A stretch of DNA of 64,000 nt from an uncultured delta proteobacterium (GTDB taxonomy: Bacteria > Myxococcota > UBA727 > VGSZ01): the NCBI GenBank assembly GCA_963775425.1, contig CAVZJB010000016.1, positions 928,001-992,000 of the forward strand, read 5' to 3'. Numbering within the stretch: position 1 is the stretch's first letter; the number at the start of each line of letters is the position of its first letter. The notes beneath the pieces are model-generated. The model saw nothing but the letters and a program-made list of their open reading frames with translations, did no database searches and was not told the DNA's origin. Shown here in pieces: positions 56,322-64,000 of the stretch. Position numbers and translations under genes: made by a program.

Positions 56322-57473
56322 ATGCTCGCCATCGTCCTCCCCCTCGCCCTTCAGGCCGTGCTCGCCGGCGCGCCGCCGGCGCGCGCCCACGTCCCCGGCG
56401 AGGTGCCCCTGAGCGGGCTGCTCGACCTCGCGCGCGAGGGCGAGGTCGCGCTTTTGCCCAAGCCCGACACGCAGCCCTTCAACGCCATCGTCATCACGCA
56501 GTCCGTCGAGCCGTGCGCCGCCGTCGCCCACGAGATGCTCGACGTCGAGAGCTGGCCCTCGCGCTGGGCCATCAAGGACGTCGAGATCCTCGAGCGGACG
56601 CCGACGAGCGTGACCTACTCGCTCCAGCTCGATCTCATGCTCGCGCCGCGCATCCCGGGGCGCATCGACCACCCCACGCCCAACAAGGTGATCTTCAACG
56701 ACGTGAAGACGGGCGCCAAGTTCATCTGGACCCTCGACGACGTCGCCGGCGGCTGCGCCATGCGCTATTCGCTCCTCGAGACGCCCGGCAAGGCCAGCGG
56801 CTGGGTGGCCGCCGTGAAGACCCTCGAGCCCTCCGTCGTCGACGCCGCCAACTTCGCCGCCGCGCTGTCGTCGGCGCGGGGCTTCGCCAAGCCCCGACCC
56901 GCTGCCAGGAGCAGCGCCGCCGGCAAGGACGCGTTCGCCGCGCTCGCCGACCACGGCACCGCCATGCGCATCCTGCGCCGCCCCGGCCCGGTGCCCGTCG
57001 TCGTCGCGCGCCGCGTGGTGGAGCGCCCCCTCGACGAGGTGCTCTGGTCCATCCGCGACAAGCACCGCTACGAGGACAAGATCGAGGTCATCTCGCGCGT
57101 GAAGGACGGCGGCCGCACCTCGCGCTACACCGTCGGCGCGTTCGGCGGCCGCGTCACCTGGGACACGTCCGTGGTGGAGAGCGGCGACGCCCACACCGAC
57201 GACGGACTCACCATCGCCGAGAGGGTCACCGGCGGCGACCTCGACGCCGGCGCCGGCGGCTGGACCTGGCTCGTGCGCCCCGTCCCCGGCGGCACCGACG
57301 TCGAGCTGCGCTGGGACCTCGACATCACCCCGGGCAGCCACGTCATGTCCACGCTGGCCGACGCAGACCCCATCGCGCGCGAGTCCATGGCCATCCACAT
57401 GTGCCTCGCGCTCATGGACGAGCTCATCGGCGGCAAGCCCCTGGGCCAGCGCACCCTCGCCCGCGTTCCCTGA
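56322..57473 (+). CDS. Exported protein with two SRPBCC/START-like domains
   Basis: Signal peptide (…PPARA); two repeats of the P..EV...D...Y/W ... W.L......T...Y pattern. Confidence 0.65.
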   Translation: MLAIVLPLALQAVLAGAPPARAHVPGEVPLSGLLDLAREGEVALLPKPDTQPFNAIVITQSVEPCAAVAHEMLDVESWPSRWAIKDVEILERTPTSVTYSLQLDLMLAPRIPGRIDHPTPNKVIFNDVKTGAKFIWTLDDVAGGCAMRYSLLETPGKASGWVAAVKTLEPSVVDAANFAAALSSARGFAKPRPAARSSAAGKDAFAALADHGTAMRILRRPGPVPVVVARRVVERPLDEVLWSIRDKHRYEDKIEVISRVKDGGRTSRYTVGAFGGRVTWDTSVVESGDAHTDDGLTIAERVTGGDLDAGAGGWTWLVRPVPGGTDVELRWDLDITPGSHVMSTLADADPIARESMAIHMCLALMDELIGGKPLGQRTLARVP

Positions 57474-57476
57474 CCG

Positions 57477-58055
57477 ATGCTCGCCGCCGCGCTCCTCCTG
57501 TTGCCGCTCGCCGCGGAGGTGCCGCGCGACGCGGTCATCCACGCCGTCGCCGCCGGCGGCGAGGTGAGCGTGCGGATCACGATCGGCAAGCGGCGCTCCC
57601 TCGACGTCGACGGCGCCGCCCGGATCCTGCTCGAGGGCACCACGCTCGTGGTCGAGGCGCCGCTGCGCGCGGGCGGAAAGCCGCCGCAGGTCACCCTCGT
57701 CGTCGACCAGCTCGACCTCGTGAGCGCCGGCATCGGCGCCACCCACGTCGAGGTGACGGGCGTGCGCGGCAAGGCCCTCACGGTCTCCGCCGACGGCGCC
57801 GCGGTGGTGTCGGTGGCGGGGACGGTCGGCAAGCTCGCCGTGCGCGGCGGCGGCAGCGCCCAGATCGACACCCGCCACCTCGCCGCCCACGACGTCGATG
57901 TCTCCCTCAAAAACGCCGCCCGCGCCGACGTCCTCGTCGCCGACCACGGCTCGCTGCGCTGCGACCTGCGGCGCGCGAGCCGCCTGCGCGTACGCGGCAA
58001 GCCCGCGCACGTCGACAAGAAGGTCGCGGGCGTCGCCCGCCTCATCCTCGAGTGA
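57477..58055 (+). CDS. DUF2807/GIN-domain-like exported beta-helical protein
   Basis: Signal peptide; repeated G.GA..V.V.G motifs and IDTRHL.A.DV.V. Confidence 0.7.
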   Translation: MLAAALLLLPLAAEVPRDAVIHAVAAGGEVSVRITIGKRRSLDVDGAARILLEGTTLVVEAPLRAGGKPPQVTLVVDQLDLVSAGIGATHVEVTGVRGKALTVSADGAAVVSVAGTVGKLAVRGGGSAQIDTRHLAAHDVDVSLKNAARADVLVADHGSLRCDLRRASRLRVRGKPAHVDKKVAGVARLILE

Positions 58056-58085
58056 CACGGCGCCGCGCGCCTCGACGGGGACGAG

Positions 58086-58993
58086 CTACGGCGGAAGCCG
58101 CGTCTTCCTCCACCGATCATCAAAGCGCTTGCGCAACAGCGCCGCGAGGTCCGCGCGCGCCGACGGCGGCGGCGAGAAGTCGGTGCGCAGGAGACCCGTG
58201 CGCATGTCCCGCGCGGTGCGGTAGCGGTCGTCGGGGTCGGGGGCGGTGGCGATCTCGACGACGAGCCGAAGCTCCTCGGGGACGCTGCGCGGCACGGCCT
58301 TGATGACGCCGCGCTGGTGCAGCTTGAAGACCGCGGCGTCGCGCTTGCCGGCGACGTCGAACGCGGGCTGCCCGACGAGCATCTCGTAGAGCACGAGGCC
58401 GGCGGCGAAGATGTCGGAGCGCTGATCGAGCGTGCCCATGCGCGCCTGCTCCGGGCTCAGGTAGCCGAGGGTGCCGACGATGGCGTCACCGCGAGGCTCC
58501 TGCTTGGTGGCGAGCGAGGAGCCGAAGTCGCCGACGCAGACGCGGCCGTCGTAGCGCAGGATGACGTTCTTGGGCGCGAGATCGCGGTGAACGAGGCCGA
58601 GCTGTCTGCCGGTGGCGTCCTTCAGGCGGAAGGCGAAGTCGAGGCCGGCGAGGACCTCGGTGACGACGTAGACCGCCAACGCAGGCGGGAGCTTCTTTTC
58701 GCGCGCGAGCACGGCGGCGAGGTCGATGCCGTCGACGTACTCGAGGACGCCGTAGTCCGAGCCGTTCTGCGAGCCCTTCTCGAAGCCGCGGATGAGGTTT
58801 TCGTGCGTGCACAGGAGCGCGAGCTGGAGCTCGCGGATGAAGCCCGCGTGCTGGTCGGGGTCGAACGAGATGTCCGGGCGGATGCGCTTGATGACGACGA
58901 GGTCGCCGCTGCGGACGTCGCGCGCGCGAAAGATCTCGGCGACGCCGCCGACGGCGAAGCGATCGAGCAGCTCGTAGTGGGAGATGCGCGCGC

Positions 58994-58997
<4 letters not shown>
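58086..58997 (-). CDS. Ser/Thr protein kinase (catalytic domain only)
   Basis: GGVAEIF, VIKR, HRDLAPKN, DFG and YLSPE; GTG overlaps the upstream stop. Confidence 0.9.
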
Positions 58998-60298
<1,301 letters not shown>

Positions 60299-60347
60299 GG
60301 GTATGGCCTCAACGCGCCTCTATGCTACGAACAACGGGCACGCCACA

Positions 60348-60707
60348 GCAGATGAGGCGCTCGCTGGCTTCCGCCGCAAGGCGGAGGCGGGAGGAAAGTC
60401 CGGGCTCCGCAGAGCAAGGGTGCAGGCCAACGGCCTGTCGGGGTGACTCGAAGGAAAGTGCCACAGAGAACAGACCGCCGGGCCTCGGCCCGGCAAGGGT
60501 GAAACGGTGCGGCAAGAGCGCACCGCGTCCTCGGAGACGAGGACGGCAGGGCAAACCCCACCCGGAGCAAGGCGGGGGTCGTCACGGTTGCTCGCCAGAC
60601 CCCCAGAAGCTGCTCGAGGGCGCCGGCAACGGCGCCCCTAGAGGAATGAGCGCCACCGCCGCAGGGCAACCGGCGGCGGGACAGAACCCGGCTTACGACC
60701 TGCCTGC
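60348..60707 (+). ncRNA. rnpB: RNase P RNA, bacterial type A
   Basis: GAGGAAAGTCCGGGCTCC, GAAAGTGCCACAGA, AGGGTGAAACGGTGCGGCAAGAGCGCACC, GGCAAACCCCACCCGGAGCAA and ACAGAACCCGGCTTA; TATGCT -10-like box at 60321. Confidence 0.97.
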
Positions 60708-60782
60708 GACGTGCATCGCCTCCGGCACCCTCGCGAGAGGGGGCCGGGGGCCCTTTCGTGCACGCGCGCTGCGACCGAAGCG

Positions 60783-61574
60783 CTACGAGGTGGCCATGGT
60801 GAAGAGCGTCAGCGCGATCTCGATGACGATGAGCCCGATGATGTACCACTCGAGCCGGTTGCTCTGCTTGTTCTGCACGAGGTTCAGGAGCATCTCCGCC
60901 GTCGACGTGATGAGCCCGAGCTTCCGCTCCAGCGTCTTGTCGCGCTCCTTCAGCTCGAACTCGTCCTCGAGGCGCAGGTAGAGGCGCTCGAGCTCCGGGC
61001 GGTCCCACAGGAGGTCGGGCTTGTCGCCGATCTCGATGCGCCCGGCGAGCGTGTTCTGGATGAGCAGCGTGGCGCCGAGGTGGCGGCGCAGTTGACGCTC
61101 GAGGCGGCCGCTGCCGCCTTTGCGCTCGAGGCTGCGGGCCCAGCTCTCGATGGCGCTCGTGGACTCGCGCATCACGCCCTCCGACCCGGCCAGCACCACG
61201 CTCTTGGCGAGGATCTCGGCGATGATCTGCATGCGCTCGACGGTGTAGTCGGCGACGTAGATGATCCCCGCCTCGATGCGCTCGTTGCCGTCCTCTGCGA
61301 TGCGCAGCTCGACGTCCTCGCTCTCGCCGTTTTGGAAGGGCTCGCTCACGTAGCGCCTGAGCTGCTCGACGAGCCCGGCCTCCTCGAGGGGCTGGACGTG
61401 GAAGAGCACGACGGCGCCGTAGCGGAAGAGCACCGCGAGGCCGCGCTCACCCGCCGGGATGGCCAGCGGCGCCGCCGCGAGGCGGTGCGTCTGCTCGAGG
61501 GTACGCACGTCGAGCTTCTCGCCCATGTAGAGGGCGCGGATCCGGACACTGGCATCTCCGCGAAACAGCTTCAT
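60783..61574 (-). CDS. RMD1/YagE (DUF155) family protein
   Basis: VLFRYGAVVLF, LAKSVVL, DKPDLLWD.PELE.LY.RL..EFEL.ER...LERKL and LEWYII.LI.IEI. Confidence 0.9.
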   Translation of the reverse strand: MKLFRGDASVRIRALYMGEKLDVRTLEQTHRLAAAPLAIPAGERGLAVLFRYGAVVLFHVQPLEEAGLVEQLRRYVSEPFQNGESEDVELRIAEDGNERIEAGIIYVADYTVERMQIIAEILAKSVVLAGSEGVMRESTSAIESWARSLERKGGSGRLERQLRRHLGATLLIQNTLAGRIEIGDKPDLLWDRPELERLYLRLEDEFELKERDKTLERKLGLITSTAEMLLNLVQNKQSNRLEWYIIGLIVIEIALTLFTMATS

Positions 61575-61658
61575 GGGCTCGGAACTTGAATCGATCCACC
61601 TCACGTAGGCCACAATATGGCAAACAGGGAGACGGCCCTGTCAGCATGGGACCACCGG

Positions 61659-63734
61659 ATGGACGGCAAGGCGGCCACCTGTGTGCGCTGCGGTGCGGAG
61701 CTTGCGCCGACGGCGCACACTTGCGCGCAGTGCGGGGAGCTCGTCGCGAGCGCCGCCCCCCCGGCGCGGCTGACGCCGTCCTCGCCCCTGTTCGTCACCG
61801 CCGACACCCAGAAGAAATTCTCCGGTGACGTCCCCCTGCCCGGCGCCAACGAGGACGAGCTGCAGGCCCCGCCGCAGACGTCGTCGGAGGACCCGCGGTA
61901 CCGCACGGGCCAGCGCATGCTCGGCCACTACACGGTCGTGAGGCAGCTCGGCCGCGGCGGCATGGGCACCGTGTACCTCGCGCGCGACGACGTCAGCGGG
62001 CAGGAGGTGGCGGTCAAGGTGCTGCCGGCGTCGCTGGCCCGGGAGCGCGACATCCGCGAGCGGTTCATCGAGGAAGCGCGGGCGCTCGCGCAGATGGATC
62101 ACCCGAACATCGTGCCGCTCGTGACGTTCGCGCAGGAGGGCGAGGACCGCTTCCTCGTCATGAAGTACCTGCCCGGCGAGTCGCTCGACGCGCGGCTGCG
62201 CCGGCTCGGCGTCTTGCCACCCGAGCACGCGCGGAAGGTGTTGCGCGCGGTGCTCGCGGGCCTCGGGTACGCACACGCGCGCGGCGTCGTCCACCGGGAC
62301 GTCAAGCCCGCCAACGTGATCATCGAGGGCGACCTCGAGGGGGAGCACCGCGTGTTCCTCGTCGACTTCGGCATCGCCAAGAAGGAGGAGGGCGGACAGC
62401 ACCTCACGCAGACGGGCATGCTGATGGGCACGCCCCAGTACATGAGCCCGGAGCAGATCGGCGGCCAGTCCATCGACGGCCGCAGCGATCTGTACGCCGC
62501 CGGCCTCGTGCTGTTCGAGATGCTCGCCGGCCGGCCGCCCTTCGACGCGCAAAAGACCTTCCAGGTGTTGCGCGCGCACGTCGAGCAACCCGTGCCCGAC
62601 GTGCGCGAGGCGCGCGGCGGCCCGGTGCCCGAGGACCTCGTCGCCGTCGTCTACATCCTGCTGCGCAAGGATCCGAACGAGCGGCCGCGCGACGCGCACG
62701 AGGCCATCGGTCTGCTCGACGGCACCGGCTCGTTCCCCATCCTCAAGCCCGACGAGCGCCTGACGCCGTCCACCGTCTCGCTCAAGCGTCCGCCAGGCGA
62801 TCCGCACGCGCGGGCCACGACGGAGCCGCCGGCACCGCCGAGCGTTCCGCCGCGCGGGCCGCCGTCCCGCGGCGACGGCGACGGCGGCCTCAACGATCCG
62901 AGCGCGGAAGAGCTCGCGGTGGTGCGCCGGCGCGGCGGCGCGCTCGCCGCCGCCGGGCTGTTCCTGGGCGCTGCCGCGCTCACGACGCTGGCGCTGTGGA
63001 AGCCGTGGGCGGGCCCGGCCAATCCCGCCCGCGACGGCGGCGTCGCCGTCGCCGTCGCCGACGCCGAGCCCGAGCCCGTGGACCGCGCCGCCACGCTCCT
63101 GCTCATCCAGGCGGCGCGCACGAGCCTCAAGGACGGCGACACCGGCAAGGCCTTCAACGCCATCGAGGCCGCCGTGGAGCAGGCGCCCCAGGATCCCGAC
63201 GCCAAGAGCCTGCAGGTCGACGTGCGCACGGCCGCGGGCATGCTCGACGAGGCCGACAAGTCGCTCGCCGAGCTGAAGGAGCTCCTCGCGCAAAGGCCCG
63301 ACGCCGACGTCGCCGCCCGCGTCCCGGAGCAGGAGCAGGCGCTCGCGGACGCGCGCGACGACGCCGCCCGCGCGACGCACGAGGTGCGCGAAGCCCACGA
63401 GGCGCGCGAGCACGTGCGGGCGCCGAAGCGGCTGATCTCCGACGCGTCCATTCGCAAGGCGGCGGCGAGCACGCGCAGCGGGGTGCGCTCCTGCTACGCC
63501 GAGCACGTGCAGGCGCGCGATCGCAGCGCCGTCGGCGAGGTGACCGTGACCGTGCACTTCAAGGAGGACGGCACCGTCGCCAAGGCGCAGGTGACGGCGT
63601 CGAAGGGCCGCCGCTTCGGGTACCGCTCGTTTCGCCGCTGCGTGGAGCGTGAGATCAGAAAGTGGCGCGTCCCCCCGTTCAAGGGAGACGCGCCACCGGT
63701 GCCGTACACCATCTCGTTCCGCCCGGGCGCGTAG
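61659..63734 (+). CDS. Membrane Ser/Thr kinase: Zn ribbon - kinase - TM - TPR-like - AgmX/PglI (TonB-C-like) domain
   Basis: CVRC...CAQC, LGRGGMGTVY, VAVK, HRDVKPAN, DFG, YMSPE, a TM segment, and C-terminal VRSCY...GEVTVTV..DG.V...CV...IRKW..P. Confidence 0.9.
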   Translation: MDGKAATCVRCGAELAPTAHTCAQCGELVASAAPPARLTPSSPLFVTADTQKKFSGDVPLPGANEDELQAPPQTSSEDPRYRTGQRMLGHYTVVRQLGRGGMGTVYLARDDVSGQEVAVKVLPASLARERDIRERFIEEARALAQMDHPNIVPLVTFAQEGEDRFLVMKYLPGESLDARLRRLGVLPPEHARKVLRAVLAGLGYAHARGVVHRDVKPANVIIEGDLEGEHRVFLVDFGIAKKEEGGQHLTQTGMLMGTPQYMSPEQIGGQSIDGRSDLYAAGLVLFEMLAGRPPFDAQKTFQVLRAHVEQPVPDVREARGGPVPEDLVAVVYILLRKDPNERPRDAHEAIGLLDGTGSFPILKPDERLTPSTVSLKRPPGDPHARATTEPPAPPSVPPRGPPSRGDGDGGLNDPSAEELAVVRRRGGALAAAGLFLGAAALTTLALWKPWAGPANPARDGGVAVAVADAEPEPVDRAATLLLIQAARTSLKDGDTGKAFNAIEAAVEQAPQDPDAKSLQVDVRTAAGMLDEADKSLAELKELLAQRPDADVAARVPEQEQALADARDDAARATHEVREAHEAREHVRAPKRLISDASIRKAAASTRSGVRSCYAEHVQARDRSAVGEVTVTVHFKEDGTVAKAQVTASKGRRFGYRSFRRCVEREIRKWRVPPFKGDAPPVPYTISFRPGA

Positions 63735-63747
63735 CGCCGGTGGCCGC

Positions 63748-64000
63748 TCAGTTCCGCGGCGCGCCGATCCGCTCGAGCAGCCCGCGCGCGGCCGCGCGGC
63801 CCTGGAGGCGAGCGCGCTCCGAGCCGCCGCCGAGCTGCGCGGTGAAGTTCGCGGCGAGGCCGACGCCGTGCAGCTCGAACAGCACGTTGTCGAGGTCGAG
63901 CCCCTCGCGGAGCGCGCCCCGCTGCGCCGCCTCCTGCGCGGTGAGCCGCACCTGGCTGTTCCAGCTCTCGTAAAACGCGATCACGCGGTCGCGCACGGGG
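63748..64000 (-). CDS. TetR/AcrR family regulator, C-terminal part (runs off the window)
   Basis: PVRDRV...W......AQEAAQRGALREGLDLDNVLFELHG pattern typical of TetR C-terminal domains. Confidence 0.65.
   Translation of the reverse strand, partial: PVRDRVIAFYESWNSQVRLTAQEAAQRGALREGLDLDNVLFELHGVGLAANFTAQLGGGSERARLQGRAAARGLLERIGAPRN

Noticed and set aside
60717-60729. 13-bp match (CGCCTCCGGCACC) to the tRNA-Leu 3' end, a possible attR
   Set aside because: It is short and GC-rich, and the 37 kb in between holds core genes (mre, rnpB) and no integrase.
60322-60981. ORFs overlapping 60.3-60.7 kb
   Set aside because: The region is the RNase P RNA gene.

Overview
A very GC-rich bacterial chromosomal segment. 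Gene content (Ser/Thr kinases, a DUF4388-type protein, an AgmX/PglI-type C-terminal domain, Cys-rich lipoproteins) points to Myxococcota or a related deltaproteobacterial lineage; this is inference. Most of the window is core genome: glyS (partial), glyQ, ridA, a long RSH rel gene with a single-base frameshift, polA, a thiolase, a short LeuA, tRNA-Leu(CAA), tldD/tldE, the elongasome cluster (mreB ... mreC-mreD-mrdA-rodA), ppiD, bolA, a HelD-like ATPase, glutathione peroxidase and rnpB. I found no integrase, transposase, prophage or CRISPR array. The observations most worth checking are: (1) an orphan JAB/MPN+ metalloenzyme gene translationally coupled to rodA, in an elongasome locus where RodA and PBP2 both carry large insertions and mreB is cut off from mreC by two opposite-strand genes; (2) a lipoprotein closely resembling Pseudomonas mendocina cutinase, a polyesterase candidate, in an islet after tRNA-Leu; (3) a GTAG-type REP doublet inside a ~400-bp degenerate duplication between rel and ridA, with further REP copies elsewhere; (4) an M48 pseudo-peptidase (HExxH replaced by QQxxH) flanked by zinc ribbons; (5) an apparently circularly permuted DHH phosphoesterase; (6) a histone-H1-like PAKKA extension on GlyQ and a hairpin that buries the ridA-glyQS ribosome-binding site. 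All family assignments come from motif recognition by eye; no searches were run.
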